This document shows positions 36,441 through 58,849 of a stretch of 64,000 nt of DNA, piece after piece. This DNA is from Amoebidium appalachense. Taxonomy: Eukaryota > Protista > Ichthyosporea. The translations under genes were made by a program, and so were the position numbers. Where the stretch lies: NCBI GenBank assembly GCA_963693365.1, contig CAVNZM010000004.1:13698024-13762023 (forward strand), written 5' to 3'. The notes below the pieces were generated by a model. It was not told where the DNA came from and made no database searches. It saw only the letters and a list, made by a program, of their open reading frames with translations. Every line of letters begins with the position of its first letter. Positions within the stretch are counted from its first letter, which is position 1.

Positions 36441-36839
36441 GGGAGGTCAGTACTGAAAACATCAAGCAGACGTATCCTGTAAAATAACATGCCGACACGG
36501 TATGCAGTCAACCGAGCATTCAAGGCAACACAGAAGTGTGCAATAGATCCTCGAACAGATAAAACAAGCGTGTGGTGGCAGACTGGCCTAAAACCAAATA
36601 CATGGATACACCAGTCCCTAGATCGGCGCCCTGGAGTGGGGCTTGTTGTGCAGAGCAAAGCATTAGCCAAGGAAAAGTGGGGAGGGCGGACGGGAAAGCT
36701 AAAGAGAGAGAGCAATGGAGAGAGATGGGAGGGCGGATGGGGAGAGCGGGAGGGATCAATAGATGCAGGGAGTGAGGGATGGAGGGAGGAAGGGGCACCG
36801 CCCGGGGGGGGGGAGGGGGGAGGGGGGGGGGAGAGACCG

Positions 36840-36874
<35 letters not shown>

Positions 36875-36908
36875 GAGAGAGAGACCGCCGGGGGGGGGGG
36901 GGGGGGGG

Positions 36909-36943
<35 letters not shown>

Positions 36944-39110
36944 AAGAGAGAGAGAGGGTATAGGCAGAAGGGGTTGGCATACTCTGAGCACACCGGGCAC
37001 GTTGTGGTGGCAGTTGAGAATGCGGTGGGTGTTGGGGGTAGGGGGCAGGTCGACGGCAGGGAAGTTCTGTGCCTCCAACCTGCAGTGATTCATGTGTCAG
37101 TCTAAAGCTGCCTGGTGCCACTGCAGGCATCATGGTCTTCAGTCTAAGGGTTACTGCAGAGAGCCCTATAGCACGTAGTTACTCGGTCACTGGACCGGTT
37201 GCAGAAAAAAACATCTGGTGCCTCTTGTTATGCTTCATTTTTCTCCCCCTTGTCAGATTTCGGGAGCAAACAAACCGATCATCGACCCCAATGGATCTGG
37301 AATTCAATGCGCCGATTGGTTAATCTGACGTAAATTGATCGATGAGCCCCCCTAGCTAAATTTGCAAATCGCAGATCCCCTGAGAGCAAGTCAACTTATG
37401 ACCCCTGATATTGAGATTTTGTTATGAAAACCGATGATTTTGGTATAGTGACCTGGGGGTCTCCGAGTTTCGTTGCTCATATATAGAGGGGTTGTCCTTT
37501 TATTGCAAATTTGCCAATAGGCAGATCTATTGGGGTCGATGATCGGTTTGTTTGCTCCCGAAATCTGACAAGGGGCTTTACCTTAATCGCATGGTGGTGG
37601 TGGTGGTGGTGGTGGTGGTGGTGGTGGTGGTGGTGGTGGTGGTGGGGGGGGGGGGGGGGGGGACAAGCAAGAAAGGCCAACACACAAATCACAAAAATTG
37701 GGGAATGAACATCACTTAGCATCATTGAACATCACAGCTTTCAAGCTACCTTTAAGCGCCCATATGGAGGGAAGAATGTGTTTTGTTTTGTTTTTTTTTT
37801 TTTTTGGGGGGGGGGGGGGGGGGGGAGGGGGGGGGGAGGGGGACGTACGTGGTGCCCTCGTTGACAAACTTGATCAGCTTGCCGGCCACCTCCACACCAA
37901 TGGCTGCCTGCGCCTCCTCCGTGGACCCACCTGCACCAAACACACTCAGGCCTCACTCCGTCCAAGGTTGCATACCCCCCCCCCCCCCCCCCCCCCATCA
38001 ACCCACCTTTGGCTTCAACTACAAATACACGCAGAGAACAATCGCTGCACCATATCTGTACACCCGCACATACAATGTCTTGCGTGGTACTGATAGTTGT
38101 CAACAAACCAACCCCATCCCCGGCGCCCCCCATCCTCCCCCAAAGCACACGCACACACGCAAGCACACATGTCACCACCACCACAACCAGCAACCCCCCC
38201 CCCCCCCCCCCCCCCCCCCCAACACACACACACACACACACACTCTCTCTCTCTCTCCTCCCTGTCCCACCACCTCCGCACACACAATCACACACACAAT
38301 GCCCCCATAAAACACCAACAAGGCAGCTACCGATATGGGGGGTGAGCATGACGTTCTTGAGGCCCCGCAGGGGAGTCTCGAAACCCAGGCCGTTGCCCTT
38401 GGGCTCTTTGGGGAACACGTCCACATAGGCCCCTGCCAGGTGCCCGGATTGGATGAACTCCGCAACAGCCTCAATCTCAACCTGAAAGGGGGGGGGGGGG
38501 GGGGGTTGGGTATGCAGAAAGGCGATCATGTTTTCACCGGGCGCAAAGAGGACGGGCAGAGGGGGAGGGGAGAGAGAGGGCGGACATGACGGAAGAGAGT
38601 GTGATAGGTACAAGATATAACGGCTGCCCTGAGAGGACAGGTGACACGTTGGACTGTAGGTTGTGTGTGTGTGTGCACCGGGGGGAGGGGGGGGGGGGGG
38701 GGGGGGGAGGGGGGGTAAAGGGGGGGAAGGGGGAGGATCGATGATGAATGGCCGGCCATTTGGAGTGGGCTGGGAGGTTCAAGCAGCATCGGTACATTAT
38801 GTATTACGTGAAGGTACACGAACAACCTGATGCAATGTGTGTGACATAGTATGCAAAAATGATAGAGAAAAGGTCAAGTAAATAATGCTCCGGAACATTT
38901 CAGGAGCGGCATGCAATCATATCATGAAGAACACAGATGGGGGGGGGGGTTACATGCGAATGCATGTGCTCAGTCGGTTCGTATGGGGTGGGGTGGGGGT
39001 GGGGTGTAGGTGGTGGGGGGGAGACAGAAGTACACATTCATAAAGGATAGCAAATATAGAAGTTATGAAAAAACGAGAACACACATTGTATGCATCATAA
39101 GCAGAAACCG

Positions 39111-39205
<95 letters not shown>

Positions 39206-39347
39206 GGGGGGGGGGCACACCCTTCCCCTGATCCTTAAACCACACATATCCCCCGGCCCCACTTCACCCCCTCTTACCACCTTCAAAGAGGCTGCATCAA
39301 GTCTGCACACAGAGACCAACAAATCATGCCACAAGCAAGATTGCCAG

Positions 39348-39384
<37 letters not shown>

Positions 39385-40492
39385 AACACACACACAACTC
39401 TTTCTCACTCAGTGTTCCTTTCTTCTTCCCCCCCTCCAGCCACTCCACGTGTGTGTGTGCACGTACCACGTTGCCTCGGCTGGCATTGAGCAGGAAAGAG
39501 CCAGGCTTCATCATTGCAATCTGCTCCTTGCCTGTGCACACCCTGTGGTTAGCTATGGGGTGGTGGAGTGGAGGAAGCAAGGGGGGTGGGAATACCGACC
39601 AAAGCTAATAATGGGGGCTGGGGAGGGGGTGTTTCTGTTTGTGAATGGAGCAGACACTTGGCACATAAGGCACACGGTAGCAGGTGGAGAGACTAAACAC
39701 GAATAGATGGATAGACACAAACTGTGGCAGTTGGCACTAAAAGCCTTGTTCTTTTTTTTTTTTTTTTTTTTTTTTTTGGGTGTGTGTGTGTGTGTGTTTG
39801 GGGGGGGGGGGGGGGGGGGGGGGAGGGGGGCACGGGAAAAAGGGGGTGAGTGGCATGTGTGTGAGTGTGAATGTGAGTGTGAGTGTGAGGGTGTGTGTGT
39901 GGGTGTGTGAACGTGTGTGTGCTTGTGCCCGTTTTGGGGGTTGCGGCAACCCCGGGGGGGGGGGGGGGGGGGGGGGGAGGGGGGGGGAGGGGGTGGCCAT
40001 ACGAATCATGTATGCAGTCTCCGGGGTGGCTGGGACGTGCAGAGAAACGAAGTCGGAGGTCTTCAGAAGTGCCTCCAGAGAATCTGCCGCAAATGGAAGT
40101 CAGGCCAGCTGTGCACACAGTAGTGGTCCCACCCAGACACACAGGAAACACAGTATTACCCACACCCTCCCTTGTTCCTGACTGGGGAGTGCAGCAATAC
40201 CATGCCACGTGCACAACACAATGGTGCGGTCTAATGAAATGGCTGCAGGGCTAGCTGCTTGGCCCATGCTCCTAATACGACATCAAAGGCGTAACAGGAA
40301 AGAGGGTAATATGAGGTGTGAGACCATGCAAGTTCATGGCCCACAGGCAAGGGGCCGGGGGGGGGGGGGGGGGGGGGGGGGTCATATGGTTGACGAAGGA
40401 AAAGAAAAAGAGTGATAGCTGTGGCAGGCGCACGTGCAGATGGCGCCTGGGTGTGCCCAAGACACCTGAGGATGGAGAAAACACAAGTCTGT

Positions 40493-40526
<34 letters not shown>

Positions 40527-40675
40527 CTCGAGGAGTGGGCAAGAGAGATGGCCAGTCACAAATAGAAGCAATAGCCAATGTATCTTTGAAAAACGGACGG
40601 TGGCAGAAGCGTTGAGTGAGAAGAACAGGGGCAGTGTAGGGTGGGGGCAAAGCACACAGTTTGTGTGTATGTGTG

Positions 40676-40733
<58 letters not shown>

Positions 40734-43113
40734 GAAGGGAGTCTATACCGGCCTGCTTTGAGTTGCCCAGGGAGAGCTTTGGCACGATGTCGTGGAAGAT
40801 GACCCGCATGCCCATGGACTCGGCCAGCACAGACAGCTGCAGCCCACAGTCAGTGCTCATACAACCCCCCCCCCCCCGGGCACCTCCCCTCCAGCATATC
40901 ATCTTTGCCACCCAGTTAACTTGTGTGTACTGCTCCATGCCGCTTATCACACCCCCTTCCCCTCATCCCGTCTACCGAAAAAAGTGCACACACACACACA
41001 TCCCAGTTCAACTTTGGGGTAAGTACATACACGCAGCATCCCCTCCCTTCTACAGCCTCTCTCCCTGCCTTTTTAAACCCCCACCATTCCCCTGCTCTTT
41101 AACCGCTCAGTGTATTAACGAAGGGTAGGAGGCTCTCACCTGTGAGCCGATGTGGCCATAACCGATGATCCCTGTGTGGGAGTGTGTGGTTGCAAGGGAA
41201 ATATGGGTGGAAGAGAAAGTCGGGAAAAAGGGGGGGGGGGGGGGGGGGGGGGGGGGAGGGAGGAGGGGGGAGAACGGGGGGGTCAGTCATTTCCTGCCTC
41301 CGAGGAAAGAGACACAACACATTTGGTATGAAATCTGACAATGCAAGAACCCTATATGCAGTGAGTGTATGTGTGGGTACATGTGTGTCGGGAGGAGGAG
41401 AATGGGGGAAGGGGGTGTTGGGAATTACGGAGTGAGTGCCTGGTGTGCATGTGTGAATGTCTCTTTCTTTCTCTCTCTCTCTCTCTCTCCCCCCCCCCTC
41501 CCCCCCATCTATCTCTCTCTCTTTCTCTCAGTGTGTATGTTTGTCTTTTGTGTGAGTCTTCGAGCAGCTAATGGGGTGAGGAGGATGCGGTGGGGGGTTT
41601 ATACCGAGAGTCTTGCCACGGATCTCAAGGCAGCCCTTTGAGACCTTTTGCCAGTTGCCGGCATGCAGCTCCATGTTGCGGTCTCCCAGCTGACGCGCCA
41701 GAGAGATGATCTGGCCAATAATAAGCTCCGCTGCGTATCCATATATGATTAATACATGACCAGGGGAGGAACAAAGGGAGGGCAGATAGTCATGTGAGGG
41801 ACGGGGAGATTTTGTGTGTGTGTGGAGGGGGGGGGGGGGGGGGGGGGGACCGCAACGGATATCCATCCGTAGATGTGTGGATGCTGAACCACAATGGCAG
41901 TTATGTCGTATAGGCCAAACAAGACGCCTCAACAGGTGGTCAGCTTTGTACATGAGAGCATGTTTAATACAGGATATAAACCGTGTGTGTGTGTGTGTGG
42001 AGGGTATGTTCGTTGAAAGAAAACAATGTTTAGGCGTGTTCGCTAGGACAGCAGTAGCGGGTAGAACGGGTGGGGCTTGAGGTCAAGGGAGTTTTTCTTC
42101 CACGAAAACACACTACCGAGTACGTGTACCCCAAGTAGCAATGTCTGAACTTCGTGTATGTGTATCTGTGCATGAGTGTGCTATCAGGCTAGGGGTGCTG
42201 GTACTATGCAGAGGACACTCACCAACACTTCTGCTGTTGGCATACGGCGAGTTGAAAACGGGAACCTGGAAAGTAAACAAGTTAACATTGTTAGTGCATG
42301 CCAAAAACGAAGGAAAGCAAGTAGGGGAGGATATTAACTTACCGACCAGGCCCTGCAACCGAATCTACGGTGTGATTAATTTCCCTATCCAACATTTCAC
42401 CATATTCCTTCACAGTCAATGACCCCTCCCCCGTTCCCCCCTCTCCACACAGCCGTATGTACACACACACCAACACCTCCCCCCCCCCCCCTCCTTACAT
42501 ACCCCCTTTGCTGCTGCGGCCGGCATGTCGACCTGGTTGGTGCCGATGCAGAAGCAGCCAATAGCAAGCAGCCTCTCGGCCTTCTCCAAGACCTCCTTTG
42601 TGAGGCTCGTTTTGCTCCTGCATGCCACACCCAGCACTCAGCAGAGAATGCTACACGCCCCATGCAGAATTTACATATTTGCCTTCGTGCCACTGCCACA
42701 ATTATCCACTTACTTCCCACTGCAATCTCATGCACCAACATGGCAGCCGTTAACCGTCTCCATCGCCCTCCCCCCCCCCCCCCCTCCCCCCGGGCCAAGG
42801 GTTCGTCACTTGTCTTTGAGCCTTACTAGTCAACCTTCCAGGACTAGGCTGTGGTGCCATCTGCCAAGCTCAACACCCTCTATTCCGGATCCCTCTCTCC
42901 ATGCCCTGTTTAGTAACCCTGAAGCAGACAAGCGCAGGTGCAACCACTGCGAACGAAGCCTCCTCCCCCCAACCCCCCCCCCCCCCGGGCAATCCCCCTC
43001 TCCTCCCCCCCCCCCCTTCCCTCCCCCCCCCCCCCCCCTCCACCCCCAGAATTCTCCTCTCCTACCTCCTCACACACACAAACCAAAGGGCACGTACGCA
43101 AGGAAACGCGCAC

Positions 43114-43163
<50 letters not shown>

Positions 43164-43739
43164 ACCTAATGCCGATGATGTGCACATCCTTGATCTTCTC
43201 CAAGAGCTCTTCACCCTGCATAGCCTTCTTGGACGTCTCGACCTGCCCCCCCCACACTGTCACATCACCAACCTGCTTTCAGCAGAAGAAAAAAAATCCT
43301 TCCCCTAGCTCTCAATAATTGTTGCTCAAGTGAATAAGTCAGAAAGTAAAGGAAGAAGGAAATGATTGAGGCAGTGTAGCTGAGGCTTGAAAAGCTTGCC
43401 AAGCTCACCATATCTGTGCCCCTATAACAACACCTAACATTGCAGCACATTTAGCCGGACCCGAGACGAGTTTAAATCAATAGTCCAGACACCTGATTCA
43501 TTTGCGTGTCTTTCCGCTCACATAAGTGCGGTATACGGACATGTAAAGGGAAGCGCAACCCCCTGCGAGGGTAAAACAACTTAGCAAAACGTGAGGATAC
43601 CCCACACATCCACACATACCTGGAAGCCCTGGTCCTGGAACATCTGTATGGCGTTGGCGTGAATGTCCTCCAACAGAAGAATCTTAATCTTCTTCTTGGG
43701 GTAGGAAGTGGGAGTGGACCGCCCGCTAACAGCCGACAT
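36140..43739 (-). CDS. serA: D-3-phosphoglycerate dehydrogenase (SerA/SER3 type, C-terminal ACT domain), 13 exons
   Basis: KIKILLLEDIH, IGIRSKT, IGCFCIGTNQVD, VFNSPYANSRSVAEL, RGKTLGIIGYGHIGSQL, DFVSLHVP, NASRGNVV, LTPHIGGSTEEAQ, HHNVPGVL, IRTRILY*; junctions checked were GT-AG and in frame. Confidence 0.97.
37246..37575. mobile_element. MITE (~330 bp) with ~54-bp TIRs in a PHGDH intron
   Basis: CCCCTTGTCAGATTTCGGGAGCAAACAAACCGATCATCGACCCCAAT(G/A)GATCTG at 37246-37299 inverted at 37522-37575. Confidence 0.88.
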
Positions 43740-44593
43740 TTTCGTGTTATCACAGAAAACAACCCTTAGGGGAAGAAAACAGAAATATTACTATTATGTA
43801 GTGTGAAAAGACTGATAAAATGAGCTTGTTGGCACGTGTCTTGAAGTTTTGAGTGCGGCTCACCTCCGGTTGCTAAACGATGATTGGAAAAGGGGGGTAA
43901 AGCGGAAGGCAGATCATGTGAATGGATCCAAAGAGAGATCCATGAGAATAAGTGACAAAAAACACAAAATTCCCTATACCGCCACAATTCATTAATTTAG
44001 AGCTTATATTATATTGAAGATTTACCAAGATGCTTATGCAATGCATGTGTAAAAGCATAGAGCATATCATGACTGCCATGATAATACTCAAAAAGTGTGT
44101 GCATGGGCAGGGACCAATCGTTGGTGAGAAGCATATCTTTTGCGATCAGCTTTGAGCTGATTGGTTATTAGACATACCTTATTGTTTCCGGATCTCCAAC
44201 CAATCACATGCGTATAATATTACCCAAAAGAGGTTGAGCCTGATGACAATCACCCTGTTTTGGTGCCGGCTGAGCCAATCAAACCACGCAACCGCACAAC
44301 AAAATAAACAATAATTACGTAAATTGCGGGAAACTGTGTGCGTGGAGTCGGAGTTTGACTCTGACTGGTGACTGTGTAGTGCACGGTCCTCTGAACACCG
44401 CCAGTGCTGTGTACACATGTAGACGTCAGCTGTGTGAGGTTTTCCGTTAGCTGTACGCTGGCAATTTGGCAAGATACCTGTGGGCCTGCTGGCTTTGCAC
44501 ATTACGCCACAGCTCAGATCTTTGTACGAGCAGTAAGGGTTTCAGCAAGGGTTTCAGCTGTCACAGTGTCGCGGTATGGACAGTACAGGTAGC
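43740..44593. promoter_or_regulatory. Divergent promoter region between PHGDH and DNMT2
   Basis: Head-to-head start codons ~855 bp apart; several CCAAT/ATTGG boxes in both orientations (about 43883, 44115, 44160, 44200, 44275). Confidence 0.5.
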
Positions 44594-53401
<8,808 letters not shown>

Positions 53402-54024
53402 CATGCATGGGCCCCGGGGGGAAGAGGGGATAGGGCGGGCCGGAGACATGGAATTGTTTTGATTAATCGCTTGGAATAAGGCGAGGGTTATTGTGCTGGG
53501 CTGTTGGAAATCAATTTAAAATAGTAATGGTATATCCGCAATGTCCCTGAGCCATCGATTGAGTCTATTCAAGTCTATTGGGCGCAAGTATTTTTCATTC
53601 GTTCTCATTTCAAATAACTTTCCTGAGCATCACCGGCAGCCAGACGAGGGGTCGGAGCGGTGGGGTGGGCGGGTGAACGGTTCATTCATGCATGTGTGGG
53701 AAGAGGAGCCGGAGGAGGAGCTCGAGGAGGGGGGGGGGGGGGGGGGGGGGGGGAGGGGGGGATTGAGTGTGCTCTTTTTCATTTGTTTTTTTGAGGGGGG
53801 GGGGGGGGGGGGGCGTTGAGTTTGCTTTAATTAATTTGGAACACGGAGAGACTTGTTAGAGGGCCGATTGTTCATTTTTGATATTATAAAATGGATAGGG
53901 TGAGCTTGCAGCACGTGTTGAATGTCCACACGTTGCCCATGACAATATAACAATAGCTAACTATTATAACAAACGGGTATGATCAGTCAACCTCTTCAGG
54001 TTGTGCCTGTCTATGCCGATTCGA

Positions 54025-54059
<35 letters not shown>

Positions 54060-54094
54060 CCTGCACAACACACACGCACACATACGCCGCCACA

Positions 54095-54139
<45 letters not shown>

Positions 54140-54215
54140 CATACACTGTACACACACACGCACGCACAAGCTCTCTCGTGCGCGCACCTACTGTGGCACA
54201 CGCGCGCGCACACAC

Positions 54216-54256
<41 letters not shown>

Positions 54257-54310
54257 CACACACGCATCCATCACCCATGCAAGCATAAGCTCACGCACAC
54301 ACACACAATG

Positions 54311-54344
<34 letters not shown>

Positions 54345-54445
54345 AGTGACTGTAGCAAACTGACACACACACACAGACAGACAGACAGACAGACAGACAG
54401 ACTGACAGACATACAGACAGATAGACAGACAGACAGACAGACAGA

Positions 54446-54494
<49 letters not shown>

Positions 54495-55674
54495 GCGCAC
54501 ACATAAAATGTCATACCTGTACAACGCGCACGAGCACACACGCAACTGCAAGAAAGCCACCTCTATATTCTTTATCTCTGATTACAAAGCTGATAAGCCT
54601 CAGCGTAGATATTGTACAAATATGATCTTCTTCCAGGCCCATTTGGCTGGAAAGCCGTTAACGTTGTAATACATCAGATCAAGATGAATGGATTTCCGGA
54701 TCCTCTACTATACCAGTAGTAGTAGACTTGATGAGCTGCTAGAAATTTTGGAACTTGAAGGAATATTATCGGAATAAAGTGTTTCCCCACCTGCTAGAAT
54801 AATAGGGTAAGTGAGACCATTGGGACAGGGCGCGTATGCTCACTACAATATTGCATTCGCACTGCACGTGTGGCCGGTGCTCAGCTGGACATGCACCAGC
54901 CGAATCACTGCATACATGCACTGCCACGTGTACACATGCACACACTGCGGCACCCGGGCCCTAGCTAGGCCATTGTGGTATATTATACCGGATATCTAGT
55001 ATGGATGTACACAGGTTGAGATATACGCGCGTGTGTACATGTATATATACCACTGTGTTTGATCTTAGGTAGGCCAGTATGCATGTCCCCCCCAGTCTTG
55101 TGCACATGAGCATGGAATTAAACATATGTGCACGTGCAGCTTGCATGATTATTCATGGGAAAACAGATATAATAGTCGCATGGGACCGACACGTAGTAGA
55201 GGAACCATGAGCGTTTATGTCATAGTTTTATCATGAGAAAATATGCAAGTAGCCGTGAGGTATGACTGTGGAATGCATCGCTAGTCAAGTACTGTCACCC
55301 GATTGGCTCACTTAGTTTATTTGAACCGTGATGCCATGGGACAGAACCGTGAACCGTATGTGATTGGCTCTCGTAGCCAAAAGGACATACCGATGCGCAT
55401 GTCTGAGCCGCTGTGCGAGCTCCGATATAAGGGCATGTCGGGGGCTTCAGAGCTCACTCAGTGTGCTCGGCTTACTAGGTGTAAGTAGGACTAGCACGTA
55501 ACTTAGCAAAGCGTGGTCTAGTCAACCCCGTTCATTTACAAATATATTGTTTTGTCACGGACACACGATCATTTTATACAACAGCTGAGCTACATCCCCT
55601 GCAGCGCTAGCTCTTGCGCTGCATGTGTGCTCGTTTCAAGCAAATACTATGTTTCTAGTTGTTTGGTTTCTAAC

Positions 55675-55920
55675 ATGTCTGGCCACCATGGTGACGACAA
55701 TGCCGGCCCTAGCGGCCTGCATGGGGGCGAAACAAGAAATGCCGACCTCATTTTTCTTGAAGAACTGGGATATAATGTTCCCCTCTCTCCCCCCGGCACT
55801 TCACCGTGGTACCCTCCTGGATCAGACATACCGTTGCTCGACCGTGTTTACTTCCGTTCTCACGACCGTCTTGCTGTGCAAATTTGCGTACTCCGAAAGG
55901 GCGCGTACCAGGGCGTCTGA
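55675..55920 (+). CDS. Short ORF starting in left TIR (MSGHHGDD...), possibly a truncated copy
   Basis: ATG at 55675 downstream of CCAAT boxes; frame leaves the TIR at 55867 and stops at 55920. Confidence 0.3.
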   Translation: MSGHHGDDNAGPSGLHGGETRNADLIFLEELGYNVPLSPPGTSPWYPPGSDIPLLDRVYFRSHDRLAVQICVLRKGAYQGV

Positions 55921-55968
55921 CATATACTAATCCGTCTCAGCAGATTAGCCTAAGTCTACGATCGAGAT

Positions 55969-56015
<47 letters not shown>

Positions 56016-56631
56016 GGCCCGGGTCACAGATCATCAAGATCAAGTCCGGGGCCTCAAGATAGCTGTGCAGCTGCGTGCATCATCTTGCCTCTGCCGGCGC
56101 AGGGCATTGGACCACGTCAGCCGGGACAGCCGTCCAATAGAATTCTAATTAGTGTGTAGGATAGATCGTAGGAGGACTTAGGAATGTCATTGTTCGGGCA
56201 GAAGCCCTTTTGTAAGGATTGGCAAGGTTTGATAGTATATGTTGCCAAACGTATTTATATATGTAGATGTAGAGGAAAGGGGGGGGAGGGAGGGGGGGGG
56301 AGGATAGTATGAAATGTAGATTTAGACTCTGCGGTGCCACTAGGGGGAGGGTGAGGGGTGAGACTTGGATAAATATATTAGTTGAGTAGATCGACTTAGC
56401 TCGTGCAGGCGCACGATAAAAGTAGATCGGAATGTTAATGGAATGTGGCATCGTAGGGGGCCAGGTGATGATGATCTTGTAGGGCACGGCCTTGATGGCC
56501 TCAGTCGAAACTTAGACTCAATCCGTACGGATCTAAGTTTGCCCGTCGGAGCCTGGTCTGAATAAACTTTACCGTTTTTCGTACACGTTCGTTCCTTTTC
56601 GTGTGTGTACACTTAGTAGAGTGCCGCGTCT

Positions 56632-57028
56632 CTAGTACACATATATTAGGATACGACAGCGTCTGGTGCCTCTGCTTGCGTTCGCGTTGACCTCGACTTC
56701 CAGCCCGTGGAGAAGGTCGACTGATGAATGTCGATTATCTTCAGGTGGCAAGTCTTCGGGGTCAAATGATTGGCCGTAGTCGGTTTCCCCTGAACGAAAA
56801 GAGAAGCAATATTGGTTGTCGTGTTGCAGGTCGTGAGAACGGAAGTAAACACGGTCGAGCAACGGTATGTCTGATCCAGGAGGGTACCACGGTGAAGTGC
56901 CTGTGCCGGGGGGGAGAGAGGGGAACATTATATCCGAGTTCTTCAAGAAAAATGAGGTCGGCATTTCTTGTTTCGCCCCCATGCAGGCCTCTAGGGCCGG
57001 CATTGTCGTCACCATGGTGGCCAGACAT
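56632..57028 (-). pseudogene. Longer copy of the TIR ORF, broken by +1 C in a homopolymer (possible sequencing error)
   Basis: MSGHHGDD...NVPLSP, then a shifted frame PGTGTSPWYPPGSDIPLLDRVYFRSHDLQHDNQYCFSF...; C7 here versus C6 in the left TIR, plus a 6-nt duplication. Confidence 0.4.
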
Positions 57029-58849
57029 GTTAGAAACCAAACAACTAGAAACATAGTATTTGCTTGAAACGAGCACACATGCAGCGCAAGAGCTAGCGCT
57101 GCAGGGGATGTAGCTCAGCTGTTGTATAAAATGATCGTGTGTCCGTGACAAAACAATATATTTGTAAATGAACGGGGTTGACTAGACCACGCTTTGCTAA
57201 GTTACGTGCTAGTCCTACTTACACCTAGTAAGCCGAGCACACTGAGTGAGCTCTGAAGCCCCCGACATGCCCTTATATCGGAGCTCGCACAGCGGCTCAG
57301 ACATGCGCATCGGTATGTCCTTTTGGCTACGAGAGCCAATCACATACGGTTCACGGTTCTGTCCCATGGCATCACGGTTCAAATAAACTAAGTGAGCCAA
57401 TCGGGTGACAGTACTTGACTAGCGATGCATTCCACAGTCATACCTCACGGCTACTTGCATATTTTCTCATGATAAAACTATGACATAAACGCTCATGGTT
57501 CCTCTACTACGTGTCGGTCCCATGCGACTATTATATCTGTTTTCCCATGAATAATCATGCAAGCTGCACGTGCACATATGTTTAATTCCATGCTCATGTG
57601 CACAAGACTGGGGGGGACATGCATACTGGCCTACCTAAGATCAAACACAGTGGTATATATACATGTACACACGCACGTATATCTCAACCTGTGTACACCC
57701 ATACTAGATATCCGGTATAGTATACCACAGCCATTAATTACGCGTATACGCTGCAAGCTTGGGCTTGCATTCGTATTTAAATAAGAAAGGCACCAATGAA
57801 TATTGCTCTTGTCAAATTTGTAAATACATCAAAAATAAGCCGAGGAAAGATATATCAATGTTGCTTCAGCACGAAGTATAATTAGTCGCGGCAGTCACAC
57901 TACATGGATCTCCTTAAACTTCTTGTGGGGCGGCGCTTCGGGAGCTACGTTGCGGGTTGAATTTGATTGAGATTCTTACTGTGAAATCAGAATCAGCTTG
58001 AAACCTCAGTCCCTATACTAGTAATAATATAACAATAAAAAAAATTGATTGAATGATTTTCATGTTTTATATTCTTTTTTTACTGCAAGATCCACGCACA
58101 ACCCTAGCATAAGATTTTTATTGCCTTATTTATATTATCGAATCATCGATTAATGGAAAAACATTGCTTCCATGTCAAGCCCCGCTCAGTAGTTTCTGGG
58201 AGATCACGGGAATTTTGAACGCCCAATGAAACACGGGTGCTTGTTTTCCAAAGTGTTTGGTGATTGGTGGTTTATCATGAGGCAAACTTGCTGTTAAACC
58301 TGGCACACACAGCCTAGCTCATCGTTTGCATCTTTACCAGCGTCAGTAAAAGCGAAGTTCAATGAATTTGAGTGTCATACATATCATTTCATGGCTGTAT
58401 TCAATAATCAGGCGCAGAATATCTGTGAATACAATGGTTCTCTGAACACCTTATTCATGTACCCGGCTGTTACGTAACGCCGGGTGCGTATCGAGCCAAT
58501 CACGATATTTAGTCCATTCTGTGCACTATAACCTTTTTTGGTGTTTTCTGCGTCGGGTGCTGAGATCCTTCAATCGTAGGCTGCGCGTTTGGGGACTCTT
58601 GCTTCATTCTGATTGGTTGTCACACCACGGGGTTTCCCGATTGTTCTTCGAATGACATTTGCTATCACTATCAGACAGTTCTCCAATATCAGAACAGAAA
58701 ACGGTCTCTACCCAGATGGCCAGATGGCCAGGTCAAATTCAGTGTGTGGAAAAAGGTGGATAAAACGGGATAAAACGGTGAGCAAAATGATCTGGCCATC
58801 TGGCCATGTGGCCATGGAATCTCTATATCTAAAAATAGCTGCCACTGCG

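Larger units (their letters stand above)
54974..57729. mobile_element. 2.76-kb non-autonomous element with ~900-bp TIRs, TG...CA termini and 5-bp TSD (GCCAT)
   Basis: 54974-55867 is the near-perfect inverse of 56829-57729; gccat|TGTGGTATA ... TATACCACA|gccat (TSD 54969-54973 and 57730-57734). Confidence 0.93.

Noticed and set aside
54974-57729. DIRS retrotransposon or assembly fold-back artefact
   Set aside because: The 5-bp TSD, substitutions between arms and unique core argue for a real integrase-type insertion; no RT or tyrosine recombinase is present.
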